DNA of 64,000 nt from Eledone cirrhosa. Its lineage: Eukaryota. The DNA lies in NCBI GenBank assembly GCA_964016885.1, contig OZ024742.1:326120001-326184000 (forward strand), written 5' to 3'. Below are positions 1 to 14,937 of the stretch, one piece after another. The translations under genes were made by a program, and so were the position numbers. How positions within the stretch are numbered: position 1 is the stretch's first letter; the number at the start of each line of letters is the position of its first letter. The notes below the pieces were generated by a model. It had not been told where the DNA came from. It worked only from the letters and a program-made list of their open reading frames with translations, and did no database searches.

Positions 1-106
1 CTCCCTCCCTCTCCCTCTCTCTCTCCCTCCCTCTTTATATATATATATATATATATAATATATATATATATATACATACATATGTATATATATATATATA
101 TACACG

Positions 107-226
<120 letters not shown>

Positions 227-1555
227 TATATGTGTGTATGTGTGCGTGAATTTGGTTCAGTGTGTGATATATGAGTATGTGTAGAGGCACGCACATATAT
301 GCTCACATAAGCATATACACAAGCATGTCATATCATATCATATATATATATATACATATATTATATATACAAGTTGGTGATGGATACATATGCGCATGTA
401 TGTATATATATAAAGTATTTATGTATGTTCATGCAATGAATGGCGAATTCAATGAGACAGGTGAAACGCGGAAAGCATTCTATACGCAGCGCATATATAG
501 CGCTATGAATATTACTAAGATTTCTATGAATGAAACAGGTGGGTTTTAGATAAATGGATAAGGGAACATGCATTTCATTCAATACAATGGAACTTACTTT
601 AAATGTATCGAAATGGCATGATGTACTAAATGTGTATATGTATAACAGTGTGTGATGCATATGTGAGCAGGTCCGCTGCGCCGGATACTACAGCCATCAA
701 CCCACTGTTTTCTGCCTCATTGCTTGCTCCGGACCCCCGGGCTTACGTTTTCCGGAATGGCCTCAATTCCGCACCCACTGACTCTCCACATGCAGTTTCT
801 ATAACCTCTTTTTATCCTTCTTCACACGCACATACATACACAAAATTCCAGAAACCGCACAACGCACTTACATTTAAAGCCCCCGTATATACCACTCAAC
901 ACACATATACATCTGCACATACATAACCCTTCAATTCCTTTTCACACACAGGAATATCCACCCTATCTGACACATCGGTCTCATCACACACAGATCTAGC
1001 TTTTCATGCACACAACATGAATACACACACATGCGGCAGCATCTTATACTCATACATCTGCATCCAGGATCATTATAATACAATCTCTTCTCCCTCTACA
1101 CATTCTGATGCATGCACATGCATATGGGCACGCCCACACACCATCGGCACACACATCCCATGGCTCTCACTTGAGGGGCGTGTTCGCTTGCTTCTCTTGC
1201 GCGCGTGTCTGTGATCATGCGACACCCTGTGCCAACGGTGTTAAATGTTTCACAATATTCATTTCAGCCCCACCATCTCCCGGCTATATCACCCTTTCGT
1301 GCATAGTGACTTCACATTTCGTATTTCAGCTTTTTGTAGTTGTACCACCATATTGGCCTACCAGAAGCTGAGCAGATTCTCTTACGCCCATACCACGAAA
1401 TGAAATATGTAAGGCAATGATCACATCTTCTACTGCCTTCTTTTCAATACAATCTCGTGCGACTGCTTCTACGTATGTGTACATGTATACGCAGTATATA
1501 TATATATATAGAGAGAGAGAAAGAGAAGTGGGTACACAACAGTTAGTTCAACATA

Positions 1556-1595
1556 CCTAGAACAATTGTTTCACCTTAGCGGATCTTCAGCTCGG
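1556..1595 (-). ncRNA. Minimal type I hammerhead-like motif, PLE A left arm
   Basis: Minus strand ccgag CTGAAGA tccgctaaggt GAAA caattg TT ctagg. One helix I mismatch; weak helix II. Confidence 0.55.
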
Positions 1596-2446
1596 AATGG
1601 GCATGGTTATAGGAACAGGAAGGACAACCGTACGAACGCACATGCGTAGAAACTCGGTCACTTCACCCAGGCAATACTAGACTGCGTGCGAGAGGTGCAA
1701 AAACTCCGAAAAGTTTTTAGGTTGAAAATAAAATTACAAAGAATCAGTCCGGAGTCTTGTAGTTATGCAATAGGTGTTTGGCGACGTGTGGACAACGTGT
1801 GAAAAATTCACTTCTTGTGTTTAGGCAATCACTATTGCGTAATCTCTTCAGAATAGTTATTCGTTCGTCAATACATAAGACACACGTCGGATTTCCCCTT
1901 GCGTATGGCTTCGACTTAGTAATGGTTTTCCATTGAATGGAGTAGTCTATACTTGAGTCCTTGAGGGACCATACGTGGCTCGCGAGTTTCGTGGATGAAC
2001 GTCTGTCCGGGTATCTGAAGGTAGACTGGTGGTTCAGGAAACGTTCCTTGAATCGCCCTCCGCCATGCCCACATAGGATTTGACCTCCTGTGGTTCGTTT
2101 GATCGGTTGAAAGTGACCACAGCTTCATAGATTACAGCTGGTGTGTTGCATTGCTTTTGAAGGGGGCAAGCTTCAGGCTTACGGCAAGTGCACCCTGGTG
2201 GTGTGTTGCTCCTAGGGCTGCTGGTGATGTGGGCCTTCATGTTCTTAGCGCAGGAGTATCCTAGTTTAACTTTGTGTCGGTTAAAGATGGAGCGGTATTT
2301 ATGACCTATGGGGAAGTGTCTATTTAAGAGAGCTAGACATTTTTTTCCTACATTGGTTTTAACGTTGAGTGAGAAGGGAGGAGAGAACCAGATAGTTTGT
2401 CTAATGTTGCGCTTACTTTTCTTAATGGTGTTGTTGCTAGTGGAAC

Positions 2447-2944
2447 ATGAAGACCCACATCACTAGCAGCCCTAGGAGCAACACCCCACCAGGGTGCTTT
2501 TGCTGTAAGCCTGAAGCTTGCCTCCTTCAACAACAATGCAACACACCAGCTGTAATCTATGATGCTGTGGTGGTATCCAACCGACCAAATGAACCACAGG
2601 AGGTCAAATCCTATGTGGGCATGGCGGAGGGCCGATTCAAGGAACGTTTCCTGAACCACCAGTCTACCTTCAGATACCCGGACAGACGTTCATCCACGAA
2701 ACTCGCGATCCACGTATGGTCCCTCAAGGACTCAAGTATAGACTACTCCATTCAATGGAAAGCCATCACTGAGTCCAAGCCATACACAAGGGGAAATCCG
2801 ACGTGTGGCTTATGTATTGATGAACGAATAACTATTCTAAAGAGATTACGCAATAGTGATTGCCTAAACACGAGAGGTGAATTTTTCACACGTTGTCTAC
2901 ACGTCGTCAAACACCTATTGCATAACTACAAGGCTCCAGACTGA
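2447..2944 (+). pseudogene. C-terminal GIY-YIG endonuclease of PLE A (RT lost by truncation)
   Basis: CxC...CLL...C linker, VIY...YVG, FKERFLNH, CGLC, CLNTRGE...CLH motifs typical of the PLE endonuclease. Confidence 0.88.
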
Positions 2945-3106
2945 TTCTTTGTAATTTTATTTTCAACCTAAAAACTTTTCGGACTTTCGCAGTTATCTCC
3001 CTTACACCTCTCACACGCAGTCTAGTATTGCCTGGGTGAAGTGACCGGGTTTCTGCGAATGCGCGTTCGTACGGTTGTCCTTCCTGTTCCTATAACCATG
3101 CCCATT

Positions 3107-3146
3107 CCGAGCTGAAGATCCGCTGAGGTGAAACAATTGTTCTCGG
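3107..3146 (+). ncRNA. Minimal type I hammerhead-like motif, PLE A right arm
   Basis: ccgag CTGAAGA tccgctgaggt GAAA caattg TT ctcgg. Perfect 5-bp helix I, palindromic ACAATTGT helix III, GUU site; helix II has only 2 Watson-Crick pairs. Confidence 0.65.
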
Positions 3147-3339
3147 TATGGTGAACTAACTGTTGTGTACCCACTTCTACCTAACTCGTACCTTGGACTG
3201 AGTGCTCTACCACTACGGATATTACCTTCCAGTGTTCCACCACTATATATATATATAACCAAAGATTTGGTGAAATAAATCCCTGCCAATACTGAAATTG
3301 AATAATCAAATCCGTAGTGGTATGTCACATATCAAATCT

Positions 3340-3398
3340 TATATTTTGTCTGATGAAAACGTACTTAAACACCTTTGAAATATGTATAATAAAATATA
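3340..3398 (+). ncRNA. Decayed hammerhead, solo pLTR fragment of the PLE B family
   Basis: atattttgt CTGATGA ... GAAA tatgta TA ataaaatat, homologous to 30611-30673; helix II eroded. Confidence 0.6.
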
Positions 3399-4533
3399 TA
3401 TTTTGATTATGAGAATATTTTTCATTTAACATTTTGAATAATATATATATATATATATGTATGTATGTATGTATATATGTATGTAGGTCTACTCATATTT
3501 GTCTATTCGTGCGTGAGTCGCTGTGTACGAACTTTGATGTAATGTCTGATTGTAATATTGTTTTAAACATGAGTGTTTTTGCATATTTCTATACATATAT
3601 GCCTTCGTATGCGCCTGCATAAGTCCTTGCGTATGTGTGAGTATGTGTACTTATAAGTGAAAATAAATTCACAACATAATTATATTCATTTAATAGATTC
3701 AGACATCCGTATGTCTAAGCATATTGTTAAACAATAATATATATAATAGACACATAGACAACGATTGTGAATAACTATTGGGGATTGAGACATGTATGGT
3801 GGTTATTTGACACATGTATGGTAATGTGTCTACTCTACTACAAAAGCTTAGTCTAACCCTAACCCACTTGACAGCCGTAGACATTACACAGTTTAGCCAT
3901 CGGGTATTACGGTAGACCGCACGCAAATTAGATTGAAAAGTTTTATTTTAAACACGAACACTTAAAATGGGTAGTTGTGTTTCAGAGAAAGAGATATGGT
4001 TTGGATAGGCTGGGATGAACATCTTTAAGACTATTACTTATGCCAATAAGTGTTTAAATATCAATTTCAAAATACTAAAATGTTCATGCCAAGTGAAAAG
4101 GTGCCGATCACCAAACATGGGCACCACCTCTGGACAGGCTCATTTTTATCCACAACCAAAATGCTGAAATATAAGTTTAGAGCGCAGAGAACAAGTAAAT
4201 ATCCCGAGAATTTAATCTAACCACTGTAACGACTCTGCCTACTCGCCACCTTTATGCAATGACGAAACCTATCTAATATGTATTACGCGAATTCAATTTT
4301 CAGGTGAAATTGGAAATAAGCAAGACTTTTCTCTAAAATTAAATATGTAAATATCTAATGTTGCTGTTATTATTTAAACCGTAATGGTGGAATATTGTTT
4401 CAGGGATAGAAGACAGACCAAACTTTATACAATGGATAAAATCACTACAAAAGTAAATGATAATGCATATATTCATGTGTGCAGACGTAAATACATATAC
4501 GTACGCACACACATAAATACTCACATAGACACG

Positions 4534-4627
<94 letters not shown>

Positions 4628-5027
4628 TATACATGCGCACACGCGTGTATATATGTGTGTGTGTGCACATATAATGATATACGTATATATATATGCATTT
4701 ATATATATATATATACATGAGGCTATATGGACATAAACATATATGTAAGGTGACATATATGTTTGTATTTATATCTCACTCAAATAACTCTTCAGAATTT
4801 GCGCTGATTTCTATCGAAGAAACATGGTTCCACCATTAGCATTTAAATAACAACAGAAAACAGGACCGTATTGAATTTTTATATTTGTTTCAGTTTTACC
4901 TGCAGATCAAATTAATATACATATATGTGCTTGATATGTGTGTGTGTGTGTGTGTGCATGTTTGAAAGTTCAAATTCAGATTGATATACATATGTACACA
5001 CATATATACATGTATATATATATATAC

Positions 5028-5142
<115 letters not shown>

Positions 5143-5154
5143 CATATATATATG

Positions 5155-5227
<73 letters not shown>

Positions 5228-5269
5228 GTGTGTGTGTGCAGTATATGATCTGATACTGAAACTCACAGA

Positions 5270-5990
5270 AACATTTGTATAGATTTGGAATTAGGGATCT
5301 CCCCCCAACAATTTAAGAGTGCCATAATTATTCATGTCTATAAACAGAAAGGCAATATGTGTTAATGTGACAGCCAGGCATATCATTACTTTGCATCGCA
5401 CATAATATCCTTGTGTGAGTTATGCTGAATACAATCAATGAAAACTATGCCTAACCTTTATCCTGAAAGTCAATGTGACATTAGGTCAGGTCGTAGACCT
5501 GTAGATGTCATCTTCAGTTTGTAACAGGTAGAGAAAAAGGCGTGTGAGCATGGTAAGGACTGGTATGTAGCCCTTGATGATCTCACAAAGCATATCACGA
5601 AAGTCATTTTGGAAGGTTCTGAGAAAGTTACGTGTTCCTGAGAAAATGCTGAAGTCATTATATCCTTACATGAATGTCTTTGTATATTCTACCAGAGTCC
5701 TTTGATGTGAAAAATGGCTCAGAACAAGGATGTGTGATGGCTCCCGTGCTGTTTGCCTTATTCTTCTCAGTAATGCTTCAATTTGCTTTCTCAGGCGTTA
5801 CTGAAGCTACCTTTATCGAACTACAGAAGGCATCTTCCATTAACAACGCTTTAAAGCAAAAAGTAAAATTGCATATCAAACGGTATGTGAATTGCTCTTA
5901 GCAGATGACTGTGCAGTATGTGTACATTCCCCACAAGACATGCTGTCATTGTTGATCAGTTTGCTTCAACAACTAGAATTCTTTTGAGTT
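5270..5990 (+). pseudogene. Degenerate RTE-clade reverse transcriptase fragment
   Basis: NGSEQGCVMAPVLFALFFS (GVKQGC motif) and a downstream LLLADD in a shifted frame. Confidence 0.7.
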
Positions 5991-6439
5991 ACTCGCTGCC
6001 AGCGGTAATTTCCTCGGGCGAGAAGCAATATTTAAAGACAGACACACTTGCACAAGCACACAGGCACATATATAAACATACAGATACACAGACTCATGCA
6101 CGTGCCACGCAAATGCTGTTTGGGCTGATGTTAAGCCTCTACATTCCAGTTTACCTTTCAGCTAGAGACGGTCTATCACTGCAGATGTGGAAATTTCCGA
6201 TGCCGATTAGAACTTTTCAGGTTTTAACATGAATGGCTCAGATCTCATCTAGCGTCCAATCAAGTACTCCAAATGTTAGTGTCAGCACAGGCACAGCAAA
6301 TATATTGTCGGCTATTGATTTATTGTACGCAAAGTGTTTGGAAAACCATATTTTTCTTATTTGGATGTTATATTCCCTGGTTACTCATTTCCTTTTACAA
6401 ATACCATCATAAAATATATTTTTGTCTATTACTATCTGT

Positions 6440-7900
6440 AGCCGTCCTAGTCAGATATCGGTGAAGCAGTCAGGCGATTCATAGAGAAGTGACTAGATTG
6501 ACTTTCCCCGATTTACAACCATATAGCATCATTTATCCTGGCCAAGTTCTATTCCTCGAATAACTTTTGAGGACGTCGTAATCAAGTCAAGGTTTTGCTT
6601 CATACCATTTATTTATGGGCATACCGTTTCAGATCATCGACAAAGAAGCTATGCCTTAGGTTTGTGTTTCTGGCCTTCTGTGAACAAATACTATATCCTT
6701 CATATTTGCTCAGTGTACGGTCAACTGGATTATTGACAGTATAAATAGCACAACAGAGAGACTCTCTCCTTGTAATATAGCCCTCCCATATTATATTTTA
6801 TCAGTAACGATATATTTCTCCGTCTCTGTATTTAATTTCAGGATTGTCACCCAGGAAGTGGATAGTTTTTTTTTATGGTTTTGATAATAGTATTTGGGAC
6901 ATTAGGAAGTCGAAGGGCCTATAGCATCTAAAAGTGGGAAACATAAATGGAATGCATTCCTGTAGTCTGAGCAGACTGTAACCAACTTCCTCCTGTGTCG
7001 CTGCGCCTCTGATTTCGCAGTTTTAACTAAGACTTGTTCGACAACACCACCAAATAACTTTCTCCCCACTGTTTACTCATTTGTGATGATTTTGTCATTG
7101 TCACGATGATCTTGGAGGAATAGGTTCAGACAGGTTGTATACATTTTATACATTAGTTTTTGGCATGCAATAGGTCTATAGATATTTGACAAGTGGGTTT
7201 CCTTGTTTTGCGTGACCAATATTGTTTCTGCTTTTGTCACCCATCTGATAGAATTTGATAAATTACGTCTTAGAAATGTTTGTACAAATAGCTGAGAATC
7301 AAGTCTCTGCTTGAAGTTTTCCTAACATAGCCTCAATGGTATCATAATTGATAAGGTGTGATACAGGGACAAAAGATCATTCGGATCTGTTTCACCCACA
7401 CTGCATCCTGGTTGAATTAGTTTATCTCATCCGATATTTTTATCCGGTAAGATTGGCCTCAGGGCATTTATTAATTTGCCCCTCCTGTCTCTATAAACCG
7501 ATGAATGGTTTCGGCTGAATCATTTATTAATCATTTTACTTTTAGCCGCTCTCTACTTATATTGGAATTTCTTGCTGACAGCTATGAGTGAGATCTTGAG
7601 GGTGATCAATTTGTATTGAAGAGTTCTGCTTGTATTGCCTCCATACAACATTTCTATAGATTTTCGTTTTTTTTTTGTTTTTTTTTTTTGTGATATGCAT
7701 TGTTAAATAGCCAATAGTTTTCCGTTGGTCAGCAATCGTTTTTCTTTTTCTGCAATATATGATGGCATGTTTTGTGTTGTTTTTTCTCTGTTATCATCTC
7801 TATTATCACCAAGATAATGCTTGACTGTCATTCCTATGGCATATAGACAGACGTTAACTCTCCAAAATGTAGGGGCTTTAATTTGTCGTAAATATTCACC
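6440..7900 (-). pseudogene. Old degenerate R4/Dong-like reverse transcriptase fragment
   Basis: Manual minus-strand translation gives YRPIACQKLMYKMYT (~7140-7180), ILQGESLSVVLFIL (~6735-6780) and HSFFVDDLKRYA (~6620-6655). Boundaries are approximate. Confidence 0.65.
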
Positions 7901-8164
7901 TCCAATTACGTTGATAGCACGCAGAGTTTCACTATTTGATTTCTTGTCGTTTTATGTCTATTTATGAGAAGGTTTCATACACAAATTAATCTCAGTTTGG
8001 ATACATTTCAACTATTTATTCTCTTCACTTTCCCAGCTAATTCTAGACATACTATAAATATCGCTATTTTGACGTGACAAAGAGATATAGCAGCCGGGGT
8101 GTCAAATGTGTCGCTGGTATTTATGTATGCATGTATGTGTGTTTGTATTTCTGTATGTGTGGTG

Positions 8165-8285
<121 letters not shown>

Positions 8286-8847
8286 GTGAGGGAGAGAAAG
8301 AGAATGCGTGTGTGTGGATGTGTGTCTGTAGGCGTAGTATGTGAGTATGGAAAATAACTTGACATTATAATATGGAATTTAGTTTAATTCCCGTCTATTT
8401 CCTCTGCGAGATCAATTATTATCCCACCTCTACAAATTCTATGTAATAAGCAAGAAAACTCACTTACTAATGTGGATTCCATTTGTAGGATTTGTGCCAA
8501 AGCTTGAAAGTACAATTCTTACCGTCTGTTTCAGAAGTTTCAATTGTGGTTCTGTGTTGTTATTGTTGCTTTTATGTTTTACCATTGCAAATTTAGGAAC
8601 ATCTCTTCTCTGTTTCTCATTAATGTGTATTGTTGGTTCGAGAATCTGTTAGTCAGTGTATAAATACACATTTGTGCGATTATAATTTAGTATTATGTTG
8701 TATGTTATTCTAGACTTGATATGGCCAGTTGCGAAATCTTTTATAGCAATACCATGTGATTAATCAGAATATGTTCTGTATGATTTGTATTAGGTAAGTA
8801 CAAGATTAATTTCTTACTGAAATGAACGCGACTAATTTGACAGTATT

Positions 8848-9240
8848 CGGTGGATTGGCAGTTTCGGTGGCGGGTCGGAGGCCATGTTTGCAGCACAGTT
8901 ACGTCCCTTTACGGACTGAGTTCAAATTGCGCCGAGGTTAACTTTGCCTTTCATCCTTACGGGGTCGATAAAATAAAGTACCAGTAATACACTGGTATAA
9001 TTGCTGGCCTTGTGCCAAAAGTAAAAACAATTATGTACTAAGCAAGCACGGTGGTGGATTGGCAGTATCGGTAGAGGGTCTGACGCCATATTTTGCAGCA
9101 AAGAGTTACGGCCATTTATAGCCTGAGTGCAAATCTCGCCGAGGTTAAGTTTGCCTTCATCCTTACGGGGTCGATAAAATAAAGTACCAGTAATACACTG
9201 GGATAATTGCTGGCCTTGTGCCAAAAGTAGAAACAATTAT
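8848..9240 (+). mobile_element. Two tandem copies of a tRNA-derived SINE (8848-9033, 9050-9240)
   Basis: GGTGGATTGGCAG head, GAGTTCAAAT B-box, shared body ...GGGGTCGATAAAATAAAGTACCAGT...GGCCTTGTGCCAAAAGTAGAAACAATT; recurs elsewhere in the window. Confidence 0.8.
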
Positions 9241-9311
9241 GAGCTAAGCAAGCTGGTTTCATAAGACACCTCGTTTGTTTAATTTCTATATATTATGTAT
9301 ATATATATACA

Positions 9312-9881
<570 letters not shown>

Positions 9882-9965
9882 ATAATAATAAATGTGAAGA
9901 CTAAACCCGAAGTGGGGTCGATTCTTTGCTTAAACTTTAATCTGTTATTTTTGTATATATATATA

Positions 9966-10155
9966 TAACAAAGGAAGTGTGGTAAGGAACCAGATGGACC
10001 ATAACGCACCAGAGTACTCAATACTTAGGGTAGTACAGTGGGAAATAGGAAAAAGTATGACCCCGACGGCAGAGCTCAAGCCGTTTCGACGCCTAATTTA
10101 GTCCAGAAATAGACGTCGAAACCGCTTGAGCTCTGCCGTCGGGGTCACACTTTTT

Positions 10156-10160
<5 letters not shown>
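9966..10160. mobile_element. Fold-back terminus fragment, same family as 36176-36643 and 12195-12290
   Basis: Inverted arms ~10045-10097 / 10107-10160; 9966-10097 matches the reverse complement of ~36510-36643; (TA)n on both sides. Confidence 0.75.
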
Positions 10161-10219
<59 letters not shown>

Positions 10220-11192
10220 TTTCAAACTTTCCAAATGATTGTTGTAAATATATATATATATATATATATTTACAACAATCATTTGGAAAGTTGAATTGTG
10301 TGCTCCCACACATTTAATATATATACATATATATAAAATGTGCGCGTGCCTGTCTGTTCATTATGCCTTTCATTCTTACTAAATTAAACATGTACACATG
10401 TACACATGTACTAAGCAATCTTATTTAGCTTTTTTTAAACACCTCTTCTTTGATTACCTTGTAATACTTCCCTATGTTTACCCAGGTCCCCTATACTTTT
10501 CCTGCATGATAACTATATCGTATTGATATCAGCTTTTATGACATTATGTATTCAGACTATAATGAGTGGTTCCTGATTTTCTTATCTATGCTTAGTCAAT
10601 TCCTAATTTGTTGATCCTTACACTTGATGACTTCGTGGTTTTAATCTTCAAGTCATTGAGTTCCGTTTCTAATATTAGTCTGATTTTTCTTTAGTACACT
10701 TTTATGAATTTTATATACATTTCTGTGTTTTGTATCATATTATAATAATCTACTGCTAAAAGGGCTAGAAGGGCCTGTATAAAATTTCAGGTTTCAAACT
10801 TAATATTTTCGATCTTAATCAGTTTACCTCTCCCTACAGTAGTTATTGCATATCTCTATGATATCTTTATAACTAACAAATATGTTGTTGCTCTACATGG
10901 CTGAATACAATAAACGTAATCTGAGTTTTTCTCTTGTGTTGGCATGTAAACAGATGCAGTTCTCTTTGCATGCCAACACAAGAGCAAGAATGACGGAAAC
11001 ATTCTACTGATATGGCTTTGAAGAGTCTGTTTGCATAATTACAAACGAATCGAATATTATTATTAATATTCGAAAAGCTCAGATTACATTCAAAATATCT
11101 TTTATTTTATTAATGTTTTATAATTTTAATATTTTATTTTATAATGTTCGTCAGTGTTTTATTCTGTGGGTGTAAATTATAATCCGCCTCCT

Positions 11193-11657
11193 CTTCTTCT
11201 TCTTCTTCTTCTTCTTCTTCTTCTTCTTCTTCTTCTTCTTCTTCTTCTTCTTCTTCTTCTTCTTCTTCTTCTTCTTCTTCTTCTTCTTCTTCTTCTTCTT
11301 CTTCTTCGTCTTCGATGGGGGATCGTAGGAGTTGAGACGACAATGACACCTTCCAGCAGGTTCTGTCGAAAGCAACTGCGTCTAATGGCTCTGGCTGTTT
11401 CCCAAGCGAATCCAGCTGAGCTCATTGATGTTATCCAACCATTTTGTTCGGATTCTACTGTCACCTTTGAGAGGAGCCACTAGAAGACGTTCTTGAGGAG
11501 TTCCCCCAATATATTTCAAGGAGTAAGTGGCAGAGGAAGAAGAAGAAGAAGAAGAAGAAGAAGAAGAAGAAGAAGAAGAAGAAGAAGAAGAAGAAGAAGA
11601 AGAAGAAGAAGAAGAAGAAGAAGAAGAAGAAGAAGAAGAAGAAGAAGAAGAAGAAGA
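11193..11657. repeat. (CTT)n and (GAA)n tracts in opposite orientation flanking RTE-like 3' ends
   Basis: About 40 CTT units at 11193-11313 and about 40 GAA units at 11535-11657; 11320-11440 resembles the RTE end at 13400-13530. Confidence 0.85.
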
Positions 11658-12134
11658 TGATGATGATCTGTTTGAGAAGCAATGATATATATGACAGGTT
11701 TATTGTTTCTGAGATTGTAATGATGGCAGAGTTTATATATGTACACAACAGTGGGATGTTATTTAAGTATGACTTTATTACGTGAGCCGTGTGTGTAGGG
11801 AACATTACGTATCGATTGATTGTCGCGAGATGAAGTTGCAGCCGTGATCGGCAAGCAACGAACACACAGACAAGCGACAACTGACTGATGATGTGATGTG
11901 AACGAATACATGTGTATTATATAAATATTGATTCGGCAAGTATGTGTATATGTGTGTCCATGACTAAACCACTTTATGTCGCGTTGTTCCAGTCTACATA
12001 CTTAGAAATAATGTGTTACCCAGAATTTAATGGGTCAGCTTTGTCACAATGTGTCACGTACAATCTTCCTCAGTTAATATATATAATATACATACACACA
12101 CACACACACACAAACACACACTCACACACACACG

Positions 12135-12182
<48 letters not shown>

Positions 12183-12592
12183 TTCGGATCTAGCTGTCCA
12201 AATGGCCGGAGCTCAGCCCTCGGGGTCCTGACTCTTTCCCCATTACCCACTCTACTACTCTACGTATCGAGTACTCTGTTGCGTAATGGTTTAGAAACCG
12301 ATCATAATATTTTCTAATTCTCAATTACATTTGAGTTGGTTAATTCTTTGTCACCTAAAAAACTGATCTCATGCCATCTCCCATTGACGTCATGACCGAT
12401 GGTATTACAAGTACTTACTACACACATAGTTCATTCGACTTGGTGTCTAATGACATATCGTTGGTTAAGATACATATAAACTCCTACATATATATATTTA
12501 GACACACAGACTACATATACATATAGAGTTGCATATAGATTATAAATAGACTTATATATATATATATGTGTGTGTGTGGGAGGGGGGGGTGT

Positions 12593-13127
12593 TAGAAAAA
12601 GTAGTTGTCAATGAAATCGGGGTCTTTCAGAAGGTTTATTTACAATATATTATGGCTTCAATTTTCATGATTTTCAAAGGTCAAGTGAGATGGAAGTATG
12701 TGTGGTTATGCTGACTTTTTTATATTAAGAGTATGGCTCAGAATCCTATATGTTTGAAGAACAATTAGATATGTTAAGGAAGATCACGAGATTAGACATT
12801 GGAATTTTTTGTTAATTTTGCGCCAAAAATTCGGGAATGTTCTTTGATATTTTTGCAAAAAGTGGCTCAAATTTAAATTCGATTCCTAATCACGTGATCT
12901 TCCTAAACCTATCAAATTGTACTTCAAATATATAGCAATATGACCCAATGTTTTCTATAAAACTGAAAGAAATTCCCTACATCAATTAAATGCGAGTTAG
13001 AAGCCGGCATAACCACATATTTCTCCGTCTCTCTAGACTTTTGAAAATCACGAAATTTGTGTAACGTACATTATCGTAAATAAACCTTCTTAAAGACACC
13101 AATTGCATTTTCAACTGTTTTTCCCTA
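12593..13127. mobile_element. Old palindromic MITE-like element
   Basis: Diverged long inverted arms, e.g. AGAAGGTTTATTTAC/GTAAATAAACCTTCT, TGATTTTCAAA/TTTGAAAATCA, TGTGGTTATGC/GCATAACCACA. Confidence 0.7.
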
Positions 13128-13299
13128 TATTTTTACCCGTAGTTAATGTATTTTAAAAAATATTTTCGAATATATATTAGTTTAGCGTTCGATATCGTAG
13201 GAAACAAGAGTTATATGTATATATAATATATATAATATATATATATGTGTGTGTGTTTGTGTTTGTGTGTGTATGCGTATGTGTGTGCGTGTGTGTTTA

Positions 13300-13370
<71 letters not shown>

Positions 13371-13394
13371 TCCCTTTTCCTTTACTCACTTAAT

Positions 13395-14440
13395 CCTAAG
13401 AGGTTCGTGGGCGCATAGTCCTCAAACGCTCTGTCCAGCGTGTCCTGTCCGGGGCAACCGGCCCCAATTGATCCGGCTGTATCCTCAAGTGAGTCCAACC
13501 GAGCTCATGGATGTTATCCAACCATCTTACTCAGGCTCTATCCTTTGGTCTCCTGTGGTTGGTTTTGCTCGAAAAATCTTCTCTGCCATTATTTCCTGAG
13601 AACATTTTAACCCGGTGCCTATAATAACAGAGATGTGACTCGATTAAAAAAAAGTAGCGGTTCCACCTGGATCGACTTCTCATTTACCAGCTACGCACTC
13701 TATAGAGTAAGGTTACTCTCCAAACCCTTCGGATGATCCCATTTCGGCCGCTTGTATTCGGATCGTATTTTTTCGGTCATTACCCAAGATTTATCACAAT
13801 ACATAGGGTTGGCATGGATACCGAATTGAAGATAGTGAGTCGGGCTTTTACACGTACCTCCTTTCTTCTGATTACTGAATGATGAAGTTGGCACATTACC
13901 GCACCAGCTCCTGCAATTCTTGCACTTAATTCAGCCTCCTCTCCTCCAACACTAGGGAACACGGCCCCGAGATACTTGAATTTCTCAACCTGCTTTAGTG
14001 GATTTCCTCACACATGTAGCGTGCACTGCGCAGGCTTCCTTGATAGTCTAAGTATTTCAGTGTTCGCAGCACTGATTTTCATTCCAGCCGTGCAACACTC
14101 GGCATCAAATCTATCAAGTGCATGTTGGAGATTACCTTCTGGTGAGTTAATTAATTTTTTCGAATAAACCATTCAATGTGGGAGTCCGATTCTGCCATGA
14201 ACGAGTATTGTCCTTTCTTCTGTTCATAATCATCATGAACAGGATTGACTGACTGGCGTAGGATCGGTCGGTTGGAATTTGCAGACGACATGGTATTACT
14301 AACTCGTCAGGAGTTCATCTCCGATATACATTTCATAGTTTTGGTCCCGAGTAATGCATAGCTGGAATGAAAATCAGTAGTATGGACACTGAGACACTCA
14401 ATCCTCTTAAGGAAGCCTACTCAGTGCACCCTATGTAAAG
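13395..14440 (-). pseudogene. RTE-clade LINE 3' fragment (minus, to ~14145) plus a short inverted RT piece (~14260-14440, plus)
   Basis: Minus: FKYLG, ELSARIAGAGAVM, KARLTIFNS. Plus: EFADDMVLL at ~14275. Confidence 0.7.
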
Positions 14441-14937
14441 GGAGTGTATGTGTAAAATTTAAAAATATGTGTGCTTTATTGGAAACCAGCAACGAAACTT
14501 CGAACTATAAGTTATATAAATTATCGTTGGAGACGAAAAAATAGAGGGCACAATGATTTACTTAAATAGAACAATGGGTTTGTTTGTATAGCGAACAACA
14601 GCTTTCAAACCCTTCTCTTATTTATCCAGACGTTAGGATCTATGAGATCTTCAAAGTTAACCACCTTTCTGCGCGAGGAAAAATACTCTGCTTTGTCGGG
14701 CTTTTAAATGATTATGCGCCTTGATGTACATCAGTAGTGTTGCAACGTATCACATCAAAACATTCGAACTTCCTGCTACTCCATATAAGTTGATGTGCCT
14801 CTGCGTAGTAGTGGCTCCGTGTATTTCTGTATAATTGTGTTTGTACGCATGTCTGAGTATGCGTGTGTGTGAGTGTGTATACATTTAATGTGTCTTCTGT
14901 ATGCATTCCTATGGTAGATTAGTTTATATTTAGAAAC

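Larger units (their letters stand above)
1524..3244. mobile_element. Penelope-like element A: 5'-truncated minus copy (1524-~2443) fused to an inverted plus copy (~2444-3244)
   Basis: 1524-2243 is the reverse complement of 2444-3178 with scattered substitutions. The minus strand reads WFSPPFSLNVKTNVGK...IFNRHKVKLGYSC followed by GIY-YIG sequence. The ends abut (TA)n/(GA)n. Confidence 0.9.

Noticed and set aside
640-1420. Possible decayed PLE 3' region (NGLNS-like end, CA-rich tail); similar case at 25000-25790
   Set aside because: Motifs too eroded to support a call.
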